The position numbers were made by a program, and so were the translations under genes. From positions 3,286,001 to 3,350,000 of the forward strand of contig CM074808.1 of the NCBI GenBank assembly GCA_037447605.1: DNA of 64,000 nucleotides. Direction: 5' to 3'. This document shows, piece by piece, positions 35,123 to 51,600 of the stretch. The notes beneath the pieces are model-generated. The model was given only the letters and a program-made list of their open reading frames with translations. It was not told the origin of the DNA and did not search any database. Source of the DNA: Zygnema circumcarinatum SAG 698-1b. Lineage: Eukaryota; Plantae; Zygnematophyceae. The first letter of the stretch is position 1; every line of letters starts with the position of its first letter.

Positions 35123-37692
35123 ATGGCTTCCTCTGCTGTTGGCAGTTTCCTTCTTTTGACGTTCCTTTCAGTCGTTTCTGCAGCGGTGAGAACTGCTTCC
35201 GTCCTGAATTTGTTCGTTTTGGGAGCATTCTTGGAAGCCAAGGCCTTGCTAAGCAGCAGGGGAAAGAAATGTGACTAAAGGTTGGGAGATGTTGACGCAG
35301 GTGGCAGCAAACGTGCTCTTTGTGGACAATGCAAACGGCGCTTACCTGCGCTCGAGTGCATCTCAGCAGGTGTGGCCTCCCTTTTCACGACTTAAACAAT
35401 CGTTAATGGTTAAAAATAGGGTTTCGTTCCAGGGCATCTTCCAGCAAAGAACTGTCGCTGGATCCCGCTTGACCTATTTCTTTGCCAAATGAGCAGGTTG
35501 ATTTCTTCTCACCGTCAACCGTCGTTGCTGCAAACGCAATCCTTCTTGGAATTGGCCCTCCCACCAGCTTGGATGTCAAATCTGCTGCCCAGGTAGGCCT
35601 CGTTTCAGTTATTGGAGCGATTCTAGGTTGATCTCTTAAAGAGGATGTGCAGCTCGGTGAAGGAAAGGGGAGGAACTGCGCGTAAGAACAGGTTTTAGAT
35701 TTTCAATGCGTTTATTTATTGCAAAGATGCGAAGAACTTGACAACTAACTCTGTATGTTTGAGTTTCTTGTGTTCCATGGGCAGCTTGATGCCCTCCTTG
35801 TGCCGGATGTCTTTAAGCGTCCGGGATCTGTAGCCATTTTTGCAATTACCGGGCTGCCTTTATCAGGTATGGTTTTATTTGAGCTAGCATTCTTTACATC
35901 TGTTACGTGAGATACACCTATTTGTCCCTATTGAAATGCTTATGCACGCTACTCTGGTCAAGCTGTGCTTTCTTCTCGCTGTAAGCAACAGAAATGCTGA
36001 TCATTTATTCGTTGTTGAGTTTGATATCGCATGTCTGTTTCTTTTCGTGATGTAATCTGTTTTGGAATACAGCAACCCTGGCCAGCAAGTTGGAGAATTC
36101 TGGTTTGACGAAAGTGGTGCAGCGTAGCCTCGCTACTCCTTTACAGGAAGCAGCAGAAAGCAGTGCAGAAGAGACTCTTGCAGCTGCTTCGCTTTTGCAC
36201 GAGTTGGAGAAGCTACAGAGCACAGCAGATGAAAATTTGCAATTGCAGTTCCTGAGCTGCCAATACTGCAATGGAGATTGCCTGGATAAGGAGCTTCTTA
36301 GTCTGGTGAGACTGCATTTCCCAGTTCGTGGAAGCACAAAATAGAATTTCCGTATGATGTGCGGATTTTGCAGTTCAATGCTTGTTTTAAGGATTAAGGT
36401 CAAAGAGGAGAGAATGAAGTTGTACATTGGGTTGTGGTGGTTGTAAACAGGCTGAAATGATAGGTGGTAAGTACATCGTCGGGGAGAAGGCAGGAACTGG
36501 ATCCTTTATCGTGAAGGGATTCGAAAACACTCCCTTGGAGATGGTGGAGGTACGTGAGCTTTCAGGTCTATTGGAGCATCTATGTGGCTTGCACATTTCA
36601 TTCCGACGTCTGCGTGCAAGACATCCTGTCAACATGGCCTTAGGTTAGCATGTTTTATTGCAGGTGCCTGACAGGGCTCTTCTTTCTGAAGTTGTCTGCC
36701 TACTTCGGAGTACCCGTGACAAAGCGAAAAAAGCAGCAGCTGTAGACCCAGAATTTTCTGCTCCCAAGCTCGTCTTTTCATCCCTGACAAGCTTGCAGGT
36801 ACCGCAGTCTCTGCTCACTATCATATATATCTCAATGTCTTCTTAAGAGTTGTAGATGTTTCTGTAGTGATTAGGGATTCAAGGCGTTCATGCTGCTGAA
36901 TACAGATCACAACGGCACATGACTTGTGCAATGTTGTCGTAATCATGAAATGTTTCTGGCATTCAGGAAGATCGTCTGTGTCTGTATTTATGGGCTGTCT
37001 TGGCTGCATTGAGGGCTTGGGTTTGCATTTTCCATGGGAGCGTGACTAACCACTCTTATTTCATCTGAAGCAGGGGTTAAGCAAGGCTGTCAGTGCGGAT
37101 TCTACGAAAGTGGAAGCAGGAGCCTCCTTGTTGTTGGACGCCGTTTCCCACGCCGTGCTCTGCCTCCAGAAGCTGCATAATGGTGTGATTTTGTTTCGCT
37201 CAATGTTTCTGGCAGCTTGGTTTATGCTGATGTGCATCCTATAGGGTGACCTTAGAATATCACATTTACCATCCAGTCTATCTATGAAGGTGGATCTCAC
37301 TGCAAAAAACACTTGATTTTTTGCTCCTTACAGGGCGGCTAGCTGCGACTCTTGCTCTGCTGGGTGATGCTCCTGAATCGACCATTCAGGGATGGGAAAA
37401 TGAGCGAGCTGTGCGCCGGCTTCAAGAAGCAGTTCTTCCCAGAAATGGACTCGTGGCTACCGCGATATTGTGGGCAACAGGACTCATATTGATTATTGCA
37501 GTGCTAATGGCGGTGAGTCCTTTGGATTCTTGCAAACCCTAAAGCTTTACACTCTCAAAACTGGGAGTTCCCTCTCCACCCATTCTGCAACATAATGCCA
37601 CAAAATTGTGTCTCGTGTCGCAGACATGCGCTATGTTTGGGATGCCCTTGACAAAGGACACACTCCTCTATTCAGGCGTTAAACTCGACTGA
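35123..37692 (+). CDS. Type-I membrane protein, At3g24160 (PMP)-like; putative ATP6AP2-type V-ATPase accessory protein, 377 aa
   Basis: Exons 35123-35185, 35301-35369, 35497-35592, 35785-35866, 36073-36305, 36451-36549, 36664-36798, 37074-37182, 37334-37512, 37624-37692 (1134 nt). Signal peptide MASSAVGSFLLLTFLSVVSAA, VLFVDNANGAYLR, LLVPDVFKRP, a single C-terminal TM segment, and tail MPLTKDTLLYSGVKLD. Confidence 0.88.
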
Positions 37693-38864
37693 CCAGCGAC
37701 CTAATCAGTGTAGCGAGCAGTCATTCAGGCGTTATGTACAGCCACAACCCGACATGGATAGAGTGAACCCCATTTTCTCTTTCTGTACTCCGTTTCTAGG
37801 GCTCCCAAGTAGTAGGGGCACAGAAGAATCGAAGGAAGGAATTTCGAAGATCGCAGAGGTGCACCTCTGTATGTTGCTGCCGAGCATTTGTAATATTTTA
37901 CATGAATTAGCCGTTGGGAGACTAACCACGAAAGCCGGAACTGTTAGATGCACTTTTGTGGATGGTGTGGAAGATCTGATGATCCGGTTAAAGAGTTTCA
38001 ATTGAAAGAAAAAAAAAAAGGGTTAAGTTTGCAGTTTTCAGCTTTTCAGTTTTCAAGTTTTTTGGGGCAAATGGGGTTGTTACAAGGGGTGTGACCACCG
38101 GGAGATGTCAGGGCAAGGAATTGTTTCTGCCAGTCGGTTGACTTGACTTGGTAAGGCACCCAGTCTACCGTGTCCTGCTTTCTATACCCAGCTATTGGCT
38201 CTCTATTTAACGCATTGGAAAGCAACAGAAAAAATGGAAGGAAATAAACGAATAAGGATGTGGCATTGATCTCACAATGGAAAGATATTGATCATCTGCA
38301 GTAGTGAGCTTATGCTCAGCACCATTGCCTTATAAATCATGACTTCCTTTTCTTATATATTAAACAAGTTTCACGGCTGTACCTCGGCATAAATATATCT
38401 CGCAAACATGAGAAGCCATGTTTAAGTCTCAAAGGCTGTGCCGGCAAGAGCAGCACTCGTTACAATTACAAAAAAAAACAAAATAATAATAAAAAACGTC
38501 CACAATACATCTCATAAATGTCCCTGCATCTGCAATTCTTTTCTTCCATCACTAGAGCCACTACTTCATGAATCATAGTAATGCAATTCGAAATGAGCAA
38601 GAATTGAGATAATGCCCCAACTAAAAATTCCTACGGGTATGGCGTACAACATCTCAAATAAACTCGGTGTCGAAAAATGCGAAAAAAATGACAGTCCGAT
38701 AACCTAATTATTGTGCACCTCGCATTCCCAGGGTTGCTCAGTCCAAGCAGCAGCTTGCATGCTTGTTCACATGAGACAGAAAAAATATAGCCATCGCAAA
38801 ATGCCCACCTTAATACTAGCCGGTGTCCAGTAGCTGGAGAAAAAGATGAACCACGGGAGTGCCT

Positions 38865-42803
<3,939 letters not shown>

Positions 42804-44717
42804 CTGATGTTGGCCGCTGATCCTGTACAGTAAGCACACCAGCAACCAACCCTAGCCGGTCACCTTCCAACCCTAACTCCCTCCCTCCCTCATCCGCATT
42901 CCCTGAACGAGCACACTCCCGCCTTTCTGACGAATACCCGCAAGCCTGCCACGTTTCCCAAATACCTCTTCAAATTGCAATAATCAAATCAGACTAACTT
43001 TTAAGCGCCTCCAGGAGCCTCTTGCAAAGCGCCAACCCTAATCTGCAGCGGTGCCAAGCAGGTGCAGGCAGGCAGCCTCATAGCCTCCAACGCCGCCCCC
43101 GTCCAAATTTGGGGCCGCCAAGAACTTTTTCTTCCCCCAAAAAGGTATTCAAAACATTTCAAAGACTGGCCTTGACATCGGGCAGGAAAACAATGTTTCT
43201 ACCAACGTACAAATCGGCAAATGAACGTTGGCCGTACGGTACGAACTTGACGTACGGAGACTATCTGAAAGTATTACGAGATTGGGACTCTGGAAAGCGA
43301 ACCGGAGTGTGCCACGTGGTGGAAAAACATTTTTCTGCCCGGAGTTAAAGCCGACGGTTCGTTGACTCGATAGACGAGCCCGCTGACGTGGAATTTTAGT
43401 TGACCATAATTTCTCCTCCAGATTTTCGAAATCTGTTGTCATCGACCACTTCAAAAGCCGTATGAAATAGGACGAATTCGTACGGAAGTACCGGCCCTTC
43501 AAAGCTTTGGGACCGCCGTAATTTGGGAAGATGTGGGAAGATTGAAATCGTTTCTGACGTACTGTACATGTCATCATCCCAGGCACCCATTTTCCAGCTG
43601 CAAACCTTGGTTGGCGCCGTGAGCGTGACGTCATGACACTCGACAAGGGGGCGTAAAACTGACAAGAGATATTGACTGCCACGTGGCGAACATCGAACGA
43701 AGAGATCTGACCTCATATTAGCGTAATTATAGATCGAACGGTATTTTTGCGCCACGTGTCCGTACCGTATGAACCGTACGATACGGCAAAACGGACCACC
43801 CTGCCCATGGTTGCGGGCCCGGAGTTCCATTCGCATGGACCGGCTCCTCTTGGGGCCCCATGTTGACTTTGTGCCCATGTTGCCAAATTCATGACCATTT
43901 GAAGAGCAGGAATTGGCATTGGTCTCACGATGGCGATGCCCATCAATCGGTACACGGACAACAATAACTTGGAGAACCACGAGGAACCGGACGTAAAATG
44001 ACCTCAGGACGAAAGAAAAAGCCTGAACTCTCCTCTCTCTTGGACTGGTCTCTTCTCTCTCTTGTAGGCCCAATAACAACAACACGGCTTTAGAAGCCGC
44101 CGGCGAAGGTCGTCGCTGTGGGTCACGTCGCGCGGAGGGAGGGAGGGCCGCCGGATGGTCGCCAACAACCGTGGCGCGTTGCAATGGGCATGCACGCGCT
44201 CCTTACAAATCGCCACATGTAGAGCGGCAATGCCTTCATGATGCGCAATGTCGGACGACCAAATCACTTTGAGTTACATCTGCCAAGTGGACTGCCAACA
44301 CAACATCTCCAAAGCGCATCAAGGCAAGACTCCTCGTTCTGCATTGGCGATCGATCGAGGAGGCACAATGTGGTTCGGCTCTCTCGCTGCACAAGAAAGC
44401 TCGCCTCCTGCGCCGCCATGACAATCACCTCGCCACAACATCATGAGCCGGGGTGCGTTCACTGTCGCGAGCACACTGCAGAAGGTAGTGCCCTGCACGT
44501 CAATCAAGCGGCCACAGACGCAACGAGGAGAGGAGAGGAGAGGAGAGAGGGCGGGAGCCCGATGTGCAAGCTGCAAGCTGCAAGCTCGCCCCAGGGCGGC
44601 AGAATTCCAACGGCATGGGCGACCATCCTATCGGACGGCTGACGACTCTCCGGACGATCGTCCAGATCACCCATCTTGCGAAAGGGGGAAAAAAAATTCT
44701 TGGCAGAAATGCACTCC

Positions 44718-44847
44718 ATCCTGCGGTTGAAAAAATGGACCTCATCGTACGGTTGATAATCTTCCAATCCTACGACTGCAGTTCACTTTATCCTACGGCT
44801 GCGATGTATTATATCGTGCGGCTGCGATGGGCTCCATCTTGCGGCTG
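44718..44847. repeat. Phased array of six 12-bp motifs (ATCnTRCGRYTG) with non-repeating spacers, 23-bp period
   Basis: Motif starts at 44718, 44744, 44767, 44790, 44813 and 44836 (spacing 26, 23, 23, 23, 23). Confidence 0.8.
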
Positions 44848-44954
44848 AGACCCATCTCCGAGCGCGCGCCAGATGTGCGCCACGTCGCTGATGCCCTGCG
44901 CGCCCCTCGTTTTAGGGTTCCCCCGGAATCGCAGACGCGCATCCAGCCCTGCCT

Positions 44955-44995
44955 TTCTCTCTCTCACTGTCTCTCTCTATCTCTCGCTCTCTCTT

Positions 44996-45035
<40 letters not shown>

Positions 45036-45045
45036 GCTCTCAGCT
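44955..45045. repeat. (CT)n tract, probably the PSB28 5' leader
   Basis: Read directly; the assignment to the leader is inferred. Confidence 0.75.
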
Positions 45046-45554
45046 CTGCCTATTCTCTCGAGTCAGGGTCGACCGCGGGGCGCATACGGCACTGCTGAAG
45101 AAGGTGTGGAAATGGCTCCAGTCACTTTTCACCTTCTCTGTTCTCCCTCCTGCTTTCTAGGTGCATTTCCTCGAAGCTGAGTATGAGCGGAGTGTAGATG
45201 GGAGGGTGGAAGTATTGAGCGGCATTGCAGCTGTGTAGAAACTGTGTCCACTTTTTGGCAGAGTCTGGAGGCTTGTAATATGGGGCTGAGACTGCATGTA
45301 GAGTCTTCTGCACTCTTCTCCATTTCCCTCTTCCCCTCTCCTCTACTTTCCTTCTTACTCTCTTTCTCCTTCTAGTGGTGGAATATGGTCCAAACTCAGC
45401 TGCAATTCGTCGTCTTTTGGAAAGCAAGTGAAGTGAATTTGCCGCGAGTTTCTTTTGGTGTTTGACTTATGGTTCACTGGACTTGATGTTCTTTTTATTT
45501 AGTTGCGGTTCTCTGAATTTCAAAGAAATTTGTGCAGATTAGTGCGTAGACGCC

Positions 45555-48037
45555 ATGGCTGCTGCAGCGACAGTAATTTCTTCTTCCTGTGTCTTCTCCG
45601 CGACTGTTTCGGATTCGGCAAACTTTTCCAGATCGAATGAAAAAAGGATTTCTGCATCAAGTGTGCGGGCATCAAAATGTATATTCTATATGCATTTCTC
45701 ATTTTTGCGCTCTTTGAATCCTTGAGTTTTGTGGAAGACGCTCTATTTCTCAAGAATGCGAAGATTTACGTCAGACTCGTAATCTCCATACTTAATGGGT
45801 CCTCTGCATTGCCATCGTCTTGATGAATTGGCATTGCTGGGTTTCTTCCCGGTTGCTTGAAATTAAAATGCTTTACACCAATGCAGGCACAAAATCCTTT
45901 GTGGTGGGCCCCACCCATGGCTCCTCCAAATCCGTGTTTAGCGGAAGCTTCCGGAACGTTCTTGAAGGGGCAGTTGCTAGCATCCCTCGGAGCTCATCTG
46001 CTAATCGGTACCATTCATTTATTTCCCCTTGAAGTCACAGCCCTTTTCCTCAGAAAACGATAAAATTGTCACTTTGGAACGATGCGATGATGGCATTGGA
46101 TCATGCTCCTCAAGATACATTCTCGTTTTTAACTTCACCTTTTTATGCTGATTTTCACCTTGGGATTGAATAGGCCCTGCGTGGTAATGGAAGGCGCTGT
46201 GATTCAATTTATTCGCGGAATCGACGAACAGACTGTCCCAGATGTGCGCTTGACACGATCTCGGTAATGTTCTTTATGTCTTTGGGATGTATTGTTGGTG
46301 CCTTTTGGATTTTCTGTGTATGGGTAGGTGGGGATACTAGTACATAAAATATATAATGAGAAACACTATTATTCTCACTTGCGGAAGTCTTTTCTTTTGT
46401 TATTTTTTATTTTGAGTGTTTGTTAAAGGAAGCTTTGAATTTTTTTCGGAGCCCCTTATCTGTTTGGGAATACTGAGTCCTGTGTGTTTTCCAGAAATTC
46501 ATATTTTGATCAATTCTGGTGCTGCCTTGACACAGCAATTCGCTTTTTTTTCGGAGAGGATGTTGAATATAATCCGGAAAGCATTCAAAGGGTCGAAATG
46601 ATCCAAAATTCTTATTCTAATTTCAATGAATTACAGATGTCTTACTGCCGTCCTAAAGAATGAAGGCCATTCTGCACAAGCACTCAGTGAAAGTTACATC
46701 CCCATTCCCACGCACCAGTTCAAATTAACCGATGCGGCGGTAACTTACTACGTTTTTATTCATGGTTGTGACTAATTAGCACTAAAATAATTTACTAGAC
46801 AATTTAGGTCAAGGGTATGCCTACCCCTTATTAGAGTGTAAGGCCAATGTATTGCAAACTTGGAATTCACGCAAGTGGAACAAAATAGTTTGTAGTAAGC
46901 GACATTTAGCCCGAAGTCAAACATCTTTGGCCTTCTTCTAGTCTCCACTTATGCGGGTCTATAGCTGCTGAGAGTGTTACTGTACTTAAGTGCCCTTCAT
47001 GATTATTGTATTGTTCGCCTGCTATTCCCCTTTTTCTAGCTCAATCTCCTGCTCCCTTTCCCTTTCCCAATTCATTCTCTCCTTTCTTCCTCTCCTTCTG
47101 CTCTCCTTTCTCTTCTGTCTCCCTGACACCCCCCCCCCCCCCCCCNNNNNNNNNNCCCCCCCCCCCCCCCCCGTTTCCTTCCACTTCTTTCCTTCTTGTC
47201 TTCCCTCCTTCTCTCCTTGTCATCTTCTCGCCTTTGTCTTCCTGCCTTCTTTCGGTCCCTGTCTCTTTCCCTTGTTCTCCCTTTCCTCGTATTCTCTCTC
47301 CCATCCCCCCTTTTTCTTTTCGCTCTTTCTCTCTCCCACTTTTACTTTCCTCATCCATGTCTTCCTCTTTATCTTCTCCACTTACTCCTTTTACTTCCCT
47401 CTCTCCATCTTTCCACTTTCCCCCTTTCACTTCCTTTCACCCCTCTCCCTCTCCCCATTGTCTTTTGCGTTCGATCTGGGAAAGGGTGAAGAGTGCGGAC
47501 AGAAGTGCCGGCTGGCTTTGTCCGCGATTTTGTCAATTTTCAATGAATGCAAAGGGATGTGAATTTGATGTGCATTTTGATGCTGTGGTGATTCTGAGCA
47601 GGGATGGCTCCAACGGAACGGCAACATTTGTATTTGACCAGCCATCCGTGTTTGATTCTTCACGAGAGCTGGGCGACATCACCGGCCTCTACCTCATTGA
47701 TGGTGAGGGCATCATCCAGGTACTCCTCCACCCCCTTAGGCCTCAACAATGCTGCATTTACTGCAGTATCAAATTGTGCAGCCATTTGTGAAGTGGGGTT
47801 GAGGGAGTGGAATACTGTTTTGATCAACAGCTGCTTCACTTAGTGTGTATCTCCTGAGTTTGAGTTTGAGCCAACCTGTGGGTGCAGTCGGTGGATGTGA
47901 GTGCCAAGTTTGTGAATGGGAAGCCGGCAAAGATTGAAGCCCGACACATCATGCGAAGCCCTCGTGATTGGGACCGCTTCATGCGCTTCATGGAGCGATA
48001 TGCAGAAAAGAACAACCTCGGATTCGTCAAGAAGTGA
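45555..48037 (+). CDS. PSB28: Photosystem II assembly factor Psb28 with chloroplast transit peptide, 194 aa
   Basis: Exons 45555-45660, 45887-46007, 46174-46263, 47602-47719, 47888-48037 (585 nt). [21 protein letters not shown]|[14 protein letters not shown]...FVNGKP...[12 protein letters not shown], preceded by an Ala/Ser-rich presequence. The first exon boundary is less certain. Confidence 0.93.
47146..47155. other. Assembly gap (10 N) inside a poly-C run in PSB28 intron 3
   Basis: n characters in the sequence. Confidence 0.99.
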
Positions 48038-48678
48038 GGGAGCGCATGCTTGGGAAGAAGGAAGGGACCCCTCTCTCCAGCGAGGGAGGAGGGAGGGAAA
48101 CTTCAGACGTGGGAAACGAATGGCTCCAAATGATTTAACTTAATTGAGTGATGCTTTCAAGTAGACAACATTCAGTAAAGTCTTTTTTAGTTGGAACGAG
48201 AATTGCTGATTCGTCCCGTTTTAAGGGGCGGTGAGTGCTCTTCTTACTATGCGATTGGCAGAGTGAGAGTAGCGGCTGCATTCCTCCGCTTTAGGGGCGA
48301 GAGAGAGATAGGAGCCTCCTCCAACGCGCCTGCTAGGGAGCCGTAGCTCAGAAGAGTGACGGTAAGCCGGTTAGCCGTAGCTTTTGAGGTGTAGTTATAG
48401 CAACCCAGGATGAGGTCTATTGTAGGCAGTGGAAATTCTTTCTTTTTTCCCATCCAATTCCGGCGTTCACTTAATGGCTGATTTTTGCAGTGAGCTGTCG
48501 ACCTTCCCCTCTTATCTCCTTTCTCTCCCTCTTTCTCTCCCTCTCCTCTCCCCAAAACCCTCCCACCCTCCGTCCTTGAGAACATTATATAACATTATTA
48601 TATTGACTTTATTGAAAGGTCATCAGTGATTGATTCACACGCTAACTAACCACTCGCTTAAGTACTCAGCTATTTCTC

Positions 48679-51600
48679 TCATTCATCTTTAGCTTCAGCT
48701 TCAGAATCTGACGTTTCGTACTTTCTGACAACTCCAAACACTTCAAGAAGGGCTTCTTTGATGTCCTCGCAGGGCCTCAATACGAGGCCACTCCTGCCTC
48801 CAGTCTCATCATCTCCCATCTCACTGCCTCCCCCGTCCTCTCTGTCAATGGAGGAGGAGGCGGAGGGCGGTACGATGCACCGCTTGAATCCGAGCTTCGC
48901 AGCCTCACTCAGTCGCCGCTCAAGCTGCCCTACCTGCAGGAGTACACATGCATCCAGTTTGAGATAGAAGGACACGAGGGAGGGAGGGAGGGAGGGAGGG
49001 AGAAGGCAGGAGAGGGAGGGAAACGGCAGGAGAAGACGAGAAGAAGGCGAAAGAGGGCAAGGGCTGAAGGGAAAGGAAAATAAACGACGAGGGAGAGAAA
49101 GGAGAGGAGAGCGTGTTGGAGAAAAGGAAGGGCGAAATGTTAAACCAGCCGGGGGAAGGAGCTGATAAAGAACAAACAAACAATACATATACATGCTGCA
49201 TTATCTATTGGATTTTTAAAAATTGAGGGTTTTTAAGGTTTTCTTACAGATCGTAGTTCTCCTCCGAGGCCGACTTCCCCAACGTACACCGTATCCAAAG
49301 GCAGAGGCTTCTCGAAAAAGCTGCAGCACGAATGAATCACAAATAGCAAGCGGCCATTACTGGTCTCTCTCGCAAAACAATAAAACTGAATTGAAAGTGA
49401 AACTAAAACTGAAACAACAAGGACACCAGGCGCACACCCATCTTTCTCTTCCCATGTTTCTCTATACGAAACAGTGGACTCAACGAATGAGCATCAAGTG
49501 TTCCTGCACTTCATTTCAATATGAAGCGTTATTCTATGGATACCTGCTGGCAATGGCCATAGCCACAGCAAGATCAGCCGCCGGCTCCTTCAGCTGAAGG
49601 CCTCCCACAACGTTAATGAAGATATCCTGAACATATCCCAACAACCCCATCATGTCAGGATGTTGCAGCCCATGCTGGCCATTTCTGAGCTTCCAACCAC
49701 GAGCAGTTCCTACCACGATTAGTTCAGAACTCAGGTTTCGAAGTCATGGTCATGATTCTAAGTTCCGACTGTTGTGATTAAGATTCGAACAATTTGGTTA
49801 CACAAAAAACAAGACTCAAGCTATTCCCTCAGACCTATTCGACTCCCCCACAATTACAGATCCTCATTTTTTAGTGATTGAAAAGCTTCCCAATGCTCTA
49901 TTCCCGAGGGTTCAGGGTCAGAGACCTGCGTGTAGAGTTTTAACCCCGCCTGCTTCTGCAGAACAGCGAGGAGGAGGGCCAACCGCTCCCGCTCAACGCC
50001 ATTGGCTGTCCGCCTGCCAGGTGGCTGCGCCACACGGGAGGAGAGGGCCTGCACATACAAACCACGTGCTCCATGGGTTCATTTCTCTCCCTCTGCCCTT
50101 CCCTTTGTCTCCACTCCTTTCCGGCTCTGCTCTTCTCTTCCCTCCATCCTTGTCAATTTCGCCCTCTCACACTTCCCCATATCCATGGCCTCCGATCCTC
50201 ATCCCCTTCCTCTCCCTAATCCTCTCCCTCCCTCCCTACCATCCTTCCCTCCTACCCTCCCTCCCCTCTCTCACGTCCCTCTCTCCCCTGCTTCCCTCCC
50301 TCCCTCCCTCCCTCCCTCCCTCCCCTCCTTCCCTCCCTCCCTCCCATCCTTCCCTCCTACCCTCCCTCCCATCTCTCCATCCCTCTCTCCCCTGCTTCCC
50401 TCCTTCCTTCCCTCCCCTCTTTCTTTCCTCACCTTCTCTCCCTCCCTTCCCTCCCTCCCTTCCCCTCTCTCCCTCCCTCCCCTCCCTTCCTCCCTCCCAT
50501 ACTTCCCTCCTACCCTCCCTCCCCTCTCTTCGTCCCTCTCTCCCCTGCTTCCCTCCCTCCTTCCCCTCCCTCCCTTCCTCCCCTCCCTCCCTCCGTCCCC
50601 TCCCTTCCGCCCTCCCCTTACTCCCTCCCCTCCCTCCCCTCCCTCCCTCCCTCCCTNNNNNNNNNNTCCCTCCCTCCCCTCCCTCCCTCCCTCCCCCACC
50701 TGAACCTCCACGAGCAGCGGCCTCCTCCCCTCCATGACGACTGCCACCGCGGCGGAGGCAGCGCTGCGCCTCTCCCCGAGGAAGAGCGCGCTCGGATTGG
50801 CCACCGGAGAGAGGCCGCCCCGCCCCATCTCAAACACGCCCACCTGCGGGAGGGGGGGAGAGAGGGAGGGAGAGAAAGGGAGACAGAGACAGAGGAGGGC
50901 GGGAGAGAGAGAGAGAGAAAAGAGAGGGAGAGAGAGTGAGGAAGGGCGAGAGAGAGTTAAGGACAGAGAGAGAGGGGGAAAAAAGTGCATTGAAATCCGG
51001 GCAGACCCACATAGTCCTCCTTGCTTCCTCAACCTTGCAGAGGCCATGAGGAGGGGGGAAATTGAGAACAGAAGGAGAGGGAGAGGGAGAAAAATCACCT
51101 CATCAGTTGCTCCATACCGATTCTTGATTCCGCGAACAATGCGATGGCTCTGCAGGCGTTCACCCTGCACATTACTCCCCCCTTTCCCCTCATTAACAAA
51201 AAAAAAAAAAAAAAAAAAAAGAAACGGAGCCCTAGAGAGGGAGTGGAAAGTCAATGATGATCTATGATGACAGAGACGTGGCCCTAGCCATCATAGAGTG
51301 GGTCTAGCTTGCTTCCATTGCCAATTGTGAAGTTTGGGGTTTAGGGTTTATGGCGGTGCATTGCCTCCATGTACAGCACAACGTCCACGATATGTTCTAA
51401 CACGCGAGGACCCGCAATTTCACCCGTCTTTGTGACATGGCCGACCTGAAAATGCAGGACAAAAAAAAAAAAAAAACGACAGAAAAAACAGAACAAGACA
51501 AAAGCAGCTTGTTGAGGTGGACACGTGACTCGTCTGCAGGGTCTATTAACACTCTCTGTAAAGCAACCAATCAGATCAAAGCTAAGAATCCTAATCAAAG

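Noticed and set aside
43149-44184. 177-aa and 262-aa minus ORFs between KTN1 and PSB28
   Set aside because: No recognisable motifs, no transposase or RT signature; consistent with chance ORFs in CpG-rich promoter DNA.
44718-44847. CRISPR interpretation of the repeat-spacer array
   Set aside because: 12-bp repeats and 11-bp spacers are far below CRISPR sizes, there are no cas genes, and the context is eukaryotic. Kept as a regulatory-array finding instead.
45104-45180. ATG 45112 as the PSB28 start
   Set aside because: It gives only a 22-aa ORF, probably a uORF or within a 5' UTR intron. The transit-peptide exon starting at 45555 splices in frame to the Psb28 domain.
46990-47791. 190- and 261-aa hydrophobic ORFs spanning the N gap
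   Set aside because: Translations of the pyrimidine-rich PSB28 intron 3.
49874-50737. Pro/Ser/Leu-rich extensin-like ORFs
   Set aside because: Antisense reading of a low-complexity RadA intron.
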